NCBI GenBank assembly: GCA_024137785.1
Contig: JAHRHZ010000053.1
Span: 5,675,806-5,739,805 of the forward strand
Length of the DNA: 64,000 bases
Source of the DNA: Ginglymostoma cirratum
Lineage: Eukaryota
Direction: 5' to 3'
A program made the position numbers and the translations under genes. This document shows positions 39,880 through 51,749 of this stretch, in pieces (positions within the stretch are counted from its first letter, which is position 1; each line of letters starts with the position of its first letter). Under the pieces are notes generated by a model. That model was not told where the DNA came from. It searched no databases and saw only the letters and a list, made by a program, of their open reading frames with translations.

Positions 39880-41040
39880 GATGTCCTCATTTTTCAAGGA
39901 CCGCAACTTCCCCTCCACAGTGGTCGAAAACGCCCTCGAATGTGTCTCTCGCGTTTCCCGCAACTCATCCCTCACAACACTTCCCCACAATAACAACAAA
40001 GACAGAATCCCCCTCATCCTCATGTGCCACCCCACCAACCTCCAGATCCAACGCATCATCCTCCGACACTTTTGCCATCTGCAATCCGACCCCACCACCA
40101 AAGACATTTTTCCCTCCCCGCCCTTATCTGCCTTCCGGAGGGACCACTCTCTCCGTGACTGCCTTGTCCGCTCCACACTCCCCTCCAGCCCCACCACACC
40201 CGGCACTTTTCCCTGCAACCACAGGAAGTGCTACACCTGCCCCCACATCTCCCCCCTCACCCCAATCCCAGGCCCAAGTAAACCTTCCACATCAAACAGA
40301 TGCTCACCTGCACATCTGCTAATGTGGTATACTGTATCCGCTGTTCCCAATGTGGCCTCCTCTACATCAGGGAAACCAAACAGAGGTTTGGAGACCACTT
40401 TGTGGAACACCTATGCTCGGTTCGTTTGTGACAAACGACTGCACCTCCCAGTCGCGAACCATTTCAACTCCCCCTCCTACTCCTTGGACAACGAGTCCAT
40501 CCTGGGCCTCCTCCTGTGCCACAACGATGCCACCCAAAGGTTGCAGGAACAGCACCTCATTTTTCGCTTGGGAACCCTGCAGCCCAATGGTATCAATGTG
40601 GGCTTCAAAAGTTCAAAATCTCCTCACCCCCGGCTGCATCCCAAAACCAGCCCAGCTTGTCCCCGCCTCCCTAACCTGTCCGTCCCTTCTCCCACCTGTC
40701 TACTCCTCCCACGTCAATCCCCACCCCCACCTCCTACCTACCAGCCTCACCACTGCCTCCTTGACCTATCCATCTTCCCTTGACTGACCTACCCCCATCC
40801 TAACTCCCCACCTACACTCACCTTTACCGGCTCCATCCCCGCCTCCTTGACCTGTCTGTCACCTCTCCACCTATCTGCTCCTTTATCCATCTTCCAACAG
40901 CCTCCCCCTCTCTATTTATTTCAGAATCCCCTTCCCCTCCCCCATTTCTGAAGAAGGGTCCAGACCCAAAACGTCAGCTTTCCTGCTCCTCTGATGCTGC
41001 TTGGCCTGCTGTGTTCATCAAGCTCCACACCTTGTTATCT
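39880..41040 (+). mobile_element. 5'-truncated Penelope-like element: thumb/linker, frameshifted GIY-YIG, C-rich UTR, hammerhead terminal repeat
   Basis: FFKDRNFPSTVV..CNHRKCYTC; alternative frame NVVYCIRCSQCGLLYIRETKQRFGDHFVEH; PVANHFN..LQEQHLIFRLGTLQPNGIN. HHR motif at 40948-40975. Probable TSD attatatat at 39871-39879 and 41041-41049. Confidence 0.92.
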
Positions 41041-41789
41041 ATTATATATTAATGTTAGTTTTTATAAGTTTGGTTTTCTGGTTTTTGAATTAGTAACTGT
41101 CGGTTTCTCTATGCATCTGAAATTATTCAATAACTTGTAAGTATTTGTGTCACCATGGTGATTTCTTTTAACAGTTTATCATAGAATCATACAGTGCAGG
41201 AGAGACCCCTTGGCCCACCAAGTCTGCATTGACAAAAACTACTTTAACTTGAGACAGACTAAAAGTTGAAGTTACAAATGACTTAAACCTACCAAGGTTT
41301 TCAATGCAGAGACATTTATAAGAGTGGTCTTTAAGGTGCTACACAAAAGCTGTTTTGTTTCTTTTCAATTTATAAAGAAGTGATTAGGGGTTAATCTGAT
41401 TTATAATTGTACGTTTAAAAATCTTTGAATTTATATTATAAGTAGATGGCTTGGTTTATTCAATGTGCTCTTTGTTTCTTTTGTTCATAAAATTTGGTCT
41501 TATTGTTGAAACCAGAACCTGCAGCTTTACATGTTTTAGTTTCAGTGAGGGACTTTTTTGATGAATTCAAAGCAAATCAAAATATTTTTGATGAAGTCAA
41601 GTTCCACACTGGCATCTGCGATGTTTGATAATGGAATCGACTGGGATCATAACTTTTCCATGTTGTCCATTCAGTTTGCCTTTTCACTTGACTATTGATG
41701 AATCGGAAAACATGAATTGATGAGGAGCAATACAGGAATGTGCATTGGCAGGTGATTGTTTGCCGGACTGGTTACCGTAACTTGAATTA

Positions 41790-41945
41790 GGGTATTGATG
41801 AAATTCTTTGTCAAACATTTTTGTCGTGAACTCATCAGGACAATTTGTATTAAAAAGGAAAACAACATTGAAGTGTATGAGAATAAAAAAAAAGATTGTC
41901 ACGGCAAGTGGACTCCGATTAGTAAAGATGTTGCCATGGAAATTG
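41790..41945 (-). mobile_element. PLE 3' terminal fragment with hammerhead motif (similar to about 26560-26800)
   Basis: Minus strand 41842-41809 reads tgtcCTGATGAgttcacgacAAAAatgtttgaca, with a TGTC/GACA stem I. Confidence 0.6.
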
Positions 41946-42115
41946 TAAACTTTCTAAATTCACGATCACTTACATTTAGAATAGGGAGAAGACACATGGG
42001 GACACTATGCCACCTGCAGGATTCCCTCCAAGCCAGTTATACCATCCAAATGTGGAAAGAGACTGCCAGAGAGAACTGTCCACCGCTGATTTCACAAAAT
42101 TCAGTGCTATACCAT

Positions 42116-43362
42116 GATTGGTTGATTGATTGATTGAATGATTTTATTGTCACGTGTGCTGAAATACAGTGAAAAGCTTTGTTTATGAGTGTTACAGGCA
42201 AATCACAGCAAGCAAAGGAAGTACAGATCAAAAAAACTTAGAGGCATACAGGTTACATTGCAGGTTACATTACTTGAGGCTACATTCCATTCAACAGTCT
42301 GATAGCGGCTAGAAAGAAGCTGTTCCTGAACCTGCTTGTGTGTGTGTTCGGGCTTCCTTAACTTCTGCCTGACAGGAGAGGTTGTAGGAGACCATTACCA
42401 GACTGCGATAGGTCTTTGATGATGTTGGCCACGTTTCCACGGCAGCGAGCTGTGTAAATAGAGTCCATGGACGGATGGTTGGCCTCTGTGATGGTCTGGG
42501 CTGTGCACATCACCTTCTGTAGTTTCTTACGGGTCCTGGGAGAGCAGTTGCCATACCTGGCTGTTATGCACCCGGACAGTATGCTTTCAATGGTGCATCT
42601 GTAGAAGTTGGTGAGGGACATTATGGACATGCTAAATTTCCTGAGCCAACTGAAGAACAAGAGGCATTGTTGTGCCTTCTTAACTGTCATATTACATGGA
42701 AGTCCAGGACAGGTCATCGGTTATTGTCACTCTGAGGAAATTGATGCTGTCACCCTCTCAACCTTAGTTCAGTTGATGTGGATGGGGCATGTTCTCCCTC
42801 TTTCTTTCTGAAATCAATGATCCGTTCTTTAGTTTTGCCAACATTGAGAAACAGATTGTTTTCATTGAACTGCGTCACTAACCCCTTTATCTCCCTTCTG
42901 TAGTTTGACTGGTCATTGTTAAATATCCTATCCACTATGGTGGTGTCATCAGTGAACTTGTAGATGGCGTTTGTTTGGAAGTGGCAGCACAGTCGTAGTT
43001 GTACAGGGACTACAGTAGGGGCTGAGGACGCATCCTTGGGGGGCTCCAGTGTTGCTTGTTATTATGCAGTTACCTATCCTCACTAACTGCAGCCTATGGG
43101 TCAGAAAGCTGAGGATCCAGTTGCAGAGGGTGGAGCCGAGACCAAGGTCACGCAGTTTTGAGATCGGTCTGGAGGGGATAATGTAGACTTTGTTGTCCGG
43201 ATGTTCCAGGGATGAGTTCAGGGCTAGGGATATGACATTTTCTGTGGATCTATTATGTCAGTAGGCAAACTGCAGAGGATCAAGGCAGGTTGGGAAACTG
43301 GAGTTGATGTGAGCCATGACCAGTCTCTCGAAGCACTTCATGGTTATTGAAGTCAGAGCCAA
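42116..43362 (-). mobile_element. Rex1/Babar-clade LINE, 5'-truncated, (CAAT)n tail
   Basis: [22 protein letters not shown]; [12 protein letters not shown]; KFTDDTTIV; KKAQQCL..LTNFYRCTIESILSGCIT.YG. Tail (gatt)n at 42116-42137. Confidence 0.9.
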
Positions 43363-45060
43363 GTGGTCCAGTTTCCCCCCACGGCTCAAAGATGCATAGG
43401 TTAGGTGGATTGGCCATGCTAAATTGGCGATGATCTTTGCGTCCTCACTGCCCACGGGTACAGTGCTGAAAGATTGGAGAGAGGCAGACATCATTCCCTT
43501 GTTCAAAAAAGGGAATAGGGATAACCCCGGAAATTACAGGCCAGTTAGTCTTACGTCAGTGGTGGGCAAATTAATGGAAAGGGCTCTGAGAGATAGGATT
43601 TATGATCACTTGGAAAGGCACAGTTTGATTCGTGATAGTCAGTATGGATTTGCGAGGGGTAGATCATGCCTCACAAACCTTACTGAATTCTTTGAAGAGG
43701 TGACCAAACACATGGATGAAGGTAGAGCAGTGGATGTGGTATACATGGATTTAAGTAAGGCGTTTGATAAGGTTCCCCATGGTAGGCTCATGCAGAAGGT
43801 AAGGAGGCATGGGATGGAGGAAATGTGGCAGATTGGAATCAGAATTGGCTGACCCTTAGAAGACAAAGGGTGGTAGTGGACGGAAAATATTCAACATGGT
43901 GCTCAGTTACGAGTGGTGTACCACAAGGATCTGTTCTGGGTCCTCTTCTATTTGTGATTTTTTAAAATGATTTGGATGAAAGGGTGGAAGGGTGGATTAG
44001 CAAGTTCGCAGATGATATGAAGGTAGGTCGCATTGTGAACAGTGCGGAGGGCTGTTCTAGGTTACAAAGCGACATTGATAGGATGCAGAGCTGGGCTGAG
44101 AAGTGGCAGATGGAGTTTAACCCTGAAAAGTGTGAGGTGATTCATTTTGGAAGGACAAACTTGAAAGCAGAATACAGGGTTAACGGAAAGATTCTTGGCA
44201 GTGTGGAGGAGCAGAGGGATCTCGGGGTTCATGTCCACAATTCCCTGAAAGCTGCCACCCAGGTGGATAGAGTTGTTAAGAAGGCGTATGGTGTGTTAGC
44301 TTTCATTAATAGAGGGATTGAGTTCAAGAGCTGTGAAATTATGCTCCAGCTATACAAAAGCCTGGTTCAGTCACATCTGGAGTATTGTGTCCAGTGCTGG
44401 TCACCTCATTACAGGAAAGATGTGGAAGCATTGGAAAAGGTGCAGAGGAGATTTACCAGGATGTTCCCTGGAATGGAGGGAAGGTCTTATGAGGAAAGGA
44501 TGCAAGATCTAGGGCTTTTCTCTTTAGAACGACGATGGATGAGAGGTGACTTGATAGAGGTATACAAAATGACCAGAGGTATAGATAGAGTAGACAGCCA
44601 GAGACTTTTTTCCTAGGATGGAGGTAACTATTACAAGGGGGCATAGTTTTAAAGTGAATGGAGGTAGATATAAGGGAGATATCAGAGGTAGGTTCTTTAC
44701 TCAGAGAGTGGTCGGGGCATGGAATGCATTGCCGGAGAGGGTAGTGGAGTCAGCCTCATTCGGGGCATTTAAGCGGCTATTAGATAGGCATATGGATGGT
44801 AGTATAAGGTAGGGGTGGAGGTTAGATAGACCTTAGGATCAGGGTAAAAGTTTGGCACAACATCGTGCTGTGCTGTGCTGTTCTATGTTCTACAAATTGC
44901 CCTTAGTGTTCAGGGATATGCAGGCTATGTGGATTAGCCATGGTTATTGCGGGGTTATGGGGATAGGGTGGGTAGCTTTTCAGATGGTTAGTGCAGCTTC
45001 AAAGGGCCAAATGGCCTACATCTGCCTACATCTGCCCCGTAAGGATTTTAGGATTCTATG
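43362..45060 (+). mobile_element. HE1/V-SINE-type SINE 3' part, split by the CR1 at about 43427-44893
   Basis: ttaggtggattggccatgctaaattg | CR1 | aaattgcccttagtgttcagggat. The hexamer aaattg occurs on both sides. Confidence 0.8.
43427..44893 (+). mobile_element. Relatively young CR1 LINE, 5'-truncated, nearly complete RT domain
   Basis: [36 protein letters not shown]; [14 protein letters not shown]; KFADD; WQMEFNPEKC; RGHSFK..FFTQRVVGAWNALP; tail gctgttctatgttcta. Few disruptions. Confidence 0.95.
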
Positions 45061-47401
45061 ATTCCACAGGCGCTGCCAGACCTGCTGGGCTTCTATAGCA
45101 GTATCTGTCTTTATCTATCTATCTATCTGGTCCCAGCTCTCAGAAAGGGCTGCCGAAAACACAAATATCAGACTGAGACAAATCAGAATGCATCTGAAGT
45201 CCTGAAACTGACACAGATATTCAATCCACCATACGTTTAGAAGTTCACTGATTAAATAGTTTCATTTATTACACCCGATCTCGAACTGTCAAGTGGCAGG
45301 TATTAATCATGTGCAGATATGGCAGGTGGTAATGACTACAAATAAAACACCCACCTCTGAATTTGTATAGTTTGATTATTGCCAAGTTCCCACCATCTGT
45401 ACGATGTGTGTCACCATTGGACCAGCTGTATAAACAATGTGGGTTAGTGATTTCAAGGATCTAGCTACAAAAGCTCAATGACGGAGGCTGGGTTCTCTGT
45501 GATGACTGGATCACCTCCAGAATTCTAAAAGATTTTCTCCACCATCTATTGCAAAGGTTTCAAACTTAATTTACGTGTTGCGATAATGTGGAACCAATAT
45601 TGTATGAACTGTGTTCAGGAGAGGCTACATGGATACATTGGAGAATGAAGATAGATTGTGTTTTGGGAGAGTAGAATTAGGAAGAACAAAGGTTGAAGTA
45701 AATTTCTAGGTACACCATCCTTCATCCAAACCATGGAAATCCCACTTATACAAAACATACTTTTCCTCACTGATTCTAGGCCTGCTTGACAATGAAATTG
45801 ATAATTAATCAATTTAAATAGGCAAGGGACATAGTCTACGTTTTAGCCAGCTAGAAAATTCCTTTGAACCAATCTGATCACCCTTAAAGCTTAGAAGCAG
45901 TGCTTCTTGACTCCAATTTCTACCTGACAAATGGGCATATACAGTCTAATTTATCATGCCAATTTTCAAGTACTGAACAGAGAGAGTGTTGTATTGTTGA
46001 AGGTGGCAAATTTAAAGATTTCATGAAATTTTCCTGAAAGCAGTGTTCAGGCCAACATTATTCCTTCAGCCAACACCATTCAAAGCAGTAAAACACATCA
46101 TGTGTCAGTGGAGAATTAAGGGACAACCCAGTGCCTGTGCAGCTCAACAGCGCTCAAGAAGCTCAAAACCATTCAAAGTAGTTCACTTCATTGGCACTTC
46201 ATTCGCTGATTTCAATGTCCATTCTCTTCACCAGCAATGCCTAGTGGCAGCAGTATGTGTTATCTACAATATGTAATGCAGTACACACCGACAACAGTGT
46301 CTTCAACATCCAAGATCTCTACCCGAGGAGGACAATAGTGCATGTGGCTGGCACCAGCTGCAAATTCCCTCTAAGACACATACCACCCTGACTTGGAACT
46401 ATTTTGCTGTTCATTCACTGCCATTGTGTTATCTTGGAACTCTCTTGCTAACAGCACTGTAAGTGTTGTCTGAAGTCCTACAGTGGTGCAAGAAAACAAC
46501 TCATCACCAATTTTTGCAGGGTAATTAGTAATTGGCAATAAATTCTGGCTTCGCTGGCAAAGTCCACATCCCTTGTACAAGGCAAGAAAGTGTTGGACTA
46601 GTGTGATATGACTGTATCATTCATTGCATAATGTACTTCAGGCATTTTAAGTCATTGATAGAAATTTGAATGCAAATATTATCACATCAATACTGAAGGA
46701 AAATTTAAAACTTAGCAGGTTTAAAGAAAATCAGCCAAATTGCTGTGGGCTGTTTTTATGTTTGAATTTTCATTACTGAAAGTATTCCAGTCAATGTGCT
46801 CCTTTTCAACTTTTGGGTCTTTATTTAAAAATACATACAAAAAGTATAAGATCAGTTACCCAATGGCCTCTCTTTGCTGGAGAGAATTTAATAAATGATT
46901 TCCAATAATATTAGCTGTCCTTTACCAAGACAATTCACAGATATGATGTCGACCTGAAAAGCTACTGTGCGATTATATTATGGGGAATAATGTAGAGACA
47001 AGACAGATTTCTACACTATGGTAGAATTCAGTTTGGTAAATTTGCCGAGAAATTAAATCTTATCATGAGACATAAAATAGGCAATAAATTTATATACGTG
47101 AACATGCCCAATGACAGAAATGGATCAAGCATCATATTGGATTTTTTTTGTCCCAATAGGTATGCAAGAAACGTATCATCTAAAAATAAGAATCCTCAGA
47201 TGTAAGACCCTTTTTGAGAAATTGTTACGCTTTAGCACCTTATTTGCTATGTTGCAAATGTACCAAAATACCATGGTGCTAACAGCTGTTAGGATCTTGA
47301 AGCAGTATTGTTAAAGGAGCATTTAACCACAGTTCAGGCGCATTATTGTTACTTCCTGATAAAATTCACTATGGTCCCATGAGAAAGAGATAGTTTTTTT
47401 T

Positions 47402-47755
47402 CATAGAACACCTACAGGGTGGAAGAAGGCCATTTTGCGCATCATGTCCAGATTGATCCTCTGAAGAATATCCAACTGAGACCCAACTCTGTACCTTAAC
47501 CCTGTAACTCTGCATTTCACATGACTAGTCTACCTAGCATAAACTTCCCTGGATACAATGGGAAACTTAACATGGTCAATCCACCTAGCCTCCACACCTT
47601 TGGACTGTGGGATGAAACCAGAGCACCTGGAAGATGCTCATATAGAAACGGGGAGAATGTGCAAACTCCACACAGACAGTTGCCCGAGGGTGGAATTGAA
47701 CCCAGATCCTTGGGTCTGTGAAGCAACAGTGCTAACCACTGAGTCACCATGACAC
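47402..47755 (-). mobile_element. HE1/V-SINE-type SINE, full length (another tRNA-like SINE head at about 47770-47915)
   Basis: Reverse complement of the 18798-19120 type. Confidence 0.88.
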
Positions 47756-47919
47756 CTGGAGGTGGGTTGAATCTGAAGGTTACCACAGGTCAAGCAAGAG
47801 GTAATTTTGAGAAGGCAGGACACTCATGATGATGTAAGCCAGTATAGGAATTAAACCTGCACTGTTGGCATCACTGTACATCACAAAGCAGCCATCCAGC
47901 CAACTGAGCTAACTGAAAT

Positions 47920-49050
47920 GCACTGCCAAGAAGTGAAGTGGTGGCAGGTTCAGTTGAGGCTTCAGATGATTATTGGGACAAAAATAATGTGCAAGGGTAC
48001 AGGGAAAAAGCAGGAGACTGATGCTAACTAATGATGCTCATTTAACAAACTGGTGCAGGAATGATGGGCTGAATTGCCTTCTTCTGCGCCATAACGCTTC
48101 AGTGATTCTGTGATAAGTGGGAATCGATGGATGTGGTATAGAAAGTTTTGTAAGGTCCTCACAGAAGCTTAATTATCAAAACGAAAGACATGGTATAGGA
48201 GGGAATGTACTGACGTGCTTCATCATCATTATTGATGGTCCCTCACACATAAGGACAAAGACAAGACTGTCTTCCACTCTCAGGGTGAGTCTGTAGGTGG
48301 TTGTACAGTCTGATGTGACTCTGTCACACTTGGAGCAAGAGCTGGTCGTGGGAAGTTTTGGGTGGGATGTTGCTGTGGCAGCGCACTCATCATACTGTTT
48401 TTACCTGGCTTCTGATTATGCATTAAAGACTGGCTAACTGACAGAAAATAGAAATAAATTGGTCATTCTTGTGTAGGCAGGATTTGACTAGTGGGGTAGC
48501 ATAAGGATCAGCCGTTCACAACATATATTAATGATTCGGACATGGGGACCAAAGCTAATATGTCCAACTTTGCAGATGATACAAAGCTAAGCAGGATGTG
48601 TGTTGTGAGAAAGATGTAAAGCATTTTCGGGAGATTTTGGGCAGGTTTAGTGATGAATAATATGGACAAATGTGAGGTTTTCTAATTTGATAGGAACAAC
48701 AGATGTGCAGAACAGTTCATGAATAGCAAGAGGTTGAAAAGCGTCAATGGGAACAGAGCCTTGGGTGTATTATTTTTATTAATTTGTTGGATGTTGTTTT
48801 TGGTGTCTGATGAGCATTTATTGCCTGTACTTAGTGATAGTGAATCTTCAGAAGTCTGTATCTCAGAGGGCTGTGGAAGATCACTTTTTGAGTACATTCA
48901 AAGTAGAGCTTGAGAAATGTTTGATTATCAATGGTATAAAGGGTTATGGGGAGAATGTGTGTAAAAGGCATCAAAGTAATTAGCCATGATCGTTTTAAAT
49001 GGTGAAGCAGTCTCAATGGGCTGAATGGCCTACTCATGTTGCTGTGTTTG
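47920..49050 (+). mobile_element. CR1 fragments with a probable RTE-type 3' piece (minus) at about 48220-48415
   Basis: SNFADDTKL-type DNA near 48560 and CR1 tails. The catcatcat-ended insert resembles an RTE tail (weaker call). Confidence 0.7.
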
Positions 49051-51088
49051 TTATACCATTAACCTAGTACCATTCTTAACCAAAGGGAGTATACTCCTCC
49101 AACGTGCATATCCTTTATAAATAGAAGCAGAGGATGATGCTGGGTTTGCCTGGCTGATGTAATTTATTCATCCTGAACTCATCCTCCAATCTATCTCTAT
49201 TCCAATTAGAATGAAAGGTACCAGCTGGCTATTTGGAAATGGAAGATGACCCCTTCGTATATGGCTCATGGGTCTTCTTAGATCTTCCTTAATGAAAAGT
49301 GCCACAAATTAACGCACACTCAAACAAAGGTATTGCTGTCAGGATTGTTCTAGAGTTCTAAAGGAACCTGCTGATTGTACCTCCAGGTATCTGGTGGATC
49401 AATTCCTGTTCCATAATTTAGCCAGAGGGACCAGGCCTTACCACCAATGCCGGAAGAAATGGAGATGGAAAGGAGGGGGAGAAGAAAAAGCACTGAGAGG
49501 AAGAGGAACAAGAACAAGATTTCCTAGTAGTCTTTTTAGCTGCCAGAGGTCTCAGAGCTCTAGAATGTCACCTGACCCACCCTTTCCTTTCCAATAAGCC
49601 AATACTTGTTCATCCTTGTAACCATTGATTTCAAACTCACCAACTGATCATGATCCTCTTGTCAATGTTCATGAATGTTGTTCCTAACAACACCAATAAC
49701 ATTTACAGAAAGATAATAATTTACTGCAATAACTAACTTCATGTATTGACTTACATAAGCAAGGAAATCTGAAATCATTCTTGTACAAACCTTTACTGTC
49801 AGCTTGCTTAGTAATGTGCAGTTGCTCTGACAGTCTTTATCAGTTTGAAATGCGGAAGGCTGCTGGGCTTCTCTGGGGACTCTTCAGATGTAATCTCACA
49901 TACCTCTAGAGGGCGTGACTATCAATGGCAGCTTTTCACTGGGAGGGCAGTTATCGTGTTTTGTCTCTTGTGCAACTCTGGATGTATGCGTGGTGGGCGA
50001 ATGAGTCCAGTCCCTCAAGAGAATGATACCTAGACCTCATGTGGATACCAAAGTTGTTTCACTGGGGCTGCTCCTCAGCACATCTAATACTTTGTGTGAG
50101 CACAGAGAATAAGATTGATGCTGTTGGGAAAATCCCTTCAGATGTTGTACCCTAAAGCCAAGGTGGCAGCACTCTGATGTTTATTGGAAGCAACGTGATC
50201 TGTATGAAATGTCAACACAATTTTGAGCTGAAATCCTTCATATTCCCAGAGTGTAAGTTAACTGGCTTGTGGCTAAAGCACTTCTACATTTCTGGATGAA
50301 TGTTTTCTGCCTTTCTTTAATAAACTGGGAGCTCAAAATCACCACCTGAGTCCTCTGAGTAGAGGGTAGGATGTCGTCTCATTCTTTGGTGAAGCGGTCA
50401 ACCAGTCTTTTCTCATCTTATGGTTACAACAAGAAGGGATTGGTTCAAAATCATTCCCATGGGCAATGATCTTTTTTGGCAAACACAGCAGCAATAAATT
50501 AAGGAATCATCTTTTTCCAGGAAAATACTCCTGTACAATTAAAAGTTCCTTCAAAATTTTTATTTAACATATCTCTTTGACTTTGACTGTTTAATTTCAC
50601 TGTCTATTTATTCCTAAACCCTTCTCTGTTATCTGCTATTTGCAGATTGACCAAAGTTCAGCACTTGATTTCAGAATAGATTTGTTTGAAAGAATATTGC
50701 TGCATTCATTGATTTCCACTGAGCTCCCTGACTACAACAAACGTTATGCGCTTGTCTGTCAAGTTTATCATGTTCTGCCATATGGCAATTTATTAAAATA
50801 AACATTTCATGCTGCAGAATGTGTATTATTTTGTTTACTCCCTTCTTCATTTCAAATCCAGTCTCACAAGTCCTGGCAGACTCTTCTATCTCACTCTCAC
50901 TGCTTGCTTCTCACGTCCTAATCTTGTCAAAGATGTAACTCAGTACCTCCATTCTCCCTTCTGTTAGATGATGACAATATTGGAAGAATCAGATTCCAGA
51001 GTGAAACCTAGGTTGATAGATCATAATTTTCTTATTTCTGCAATTTAGTTACTGTGGTGGTTAGTCACTGAAGATATTCACATGAGGC

Positions 51089-51733
51089 TGTTAATGTACT
51101 TTTATAAAGTGGTATAAGTTTATTACAATAACAAAAACCTAAATGTATTATAATTTGGAAACATCTTAACATAAACAGCAAAAAGAAAGATTGAACCATT
51201 TTTCTAAGCAACGCTCTTCTCAGACTCTCTTCTCAACTCTAGTGAATCAACACTCTCATCTCAACTTTTTTTAAATTATATAGAAACCCTTAACAAAATA
51301 ATATATATTTTAACTGCTACTTATCAACTGTTACAATGTAGCAAAATCTCAAACACATCCTTGGGTAAGGCAAGTTCAGCAAAAAGATTTCTCTCACTTG
51401 CAATTTCCTCCATTCCAGGAGAAAGGAATATTGACAGAATGAATCTTGCAGCAGAGAGAGGCGTCAAGCTTTTGCAGCAGCAGCAGATAGAAAGAGCTGT
51501 ATTGAACAGCTTCAACTTCAAAAATCCCCAACTTCGACAACTGAAAGTAAAAGCTAAAATCCTGGGTCTGTGTGAGCCTGTCTCCACCTATTCACTTCTT
51601 ATTACTATTTTTTTGTTAAAGAGGCTATTTTCTCTGCTTCCAATGCAGCAGACAACTCACTGCCAGGTTTACAACAACTCCCTTCAGACAAACAGGACAG
51701 AACAATTCCCTCTTGAAGGCACATTTTGTCACA
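51089..51733 (-). mobile_element. Possible solo LTR
   Basis: TG...CA ends (tgtta...gtcaca) and a minus-strand AATAAA near 51120. No TSD found. Confidence 0.3.
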
Positions 51734-51749
51734 ATATAAATGCACAAAC

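Noticed and set aside
39878-40783. 301-aa ORF as a host gene
   Set aside because: It is a frameshifted PLE remnant running into a C-rich UTR. The GIY-YIG core is in another frame.
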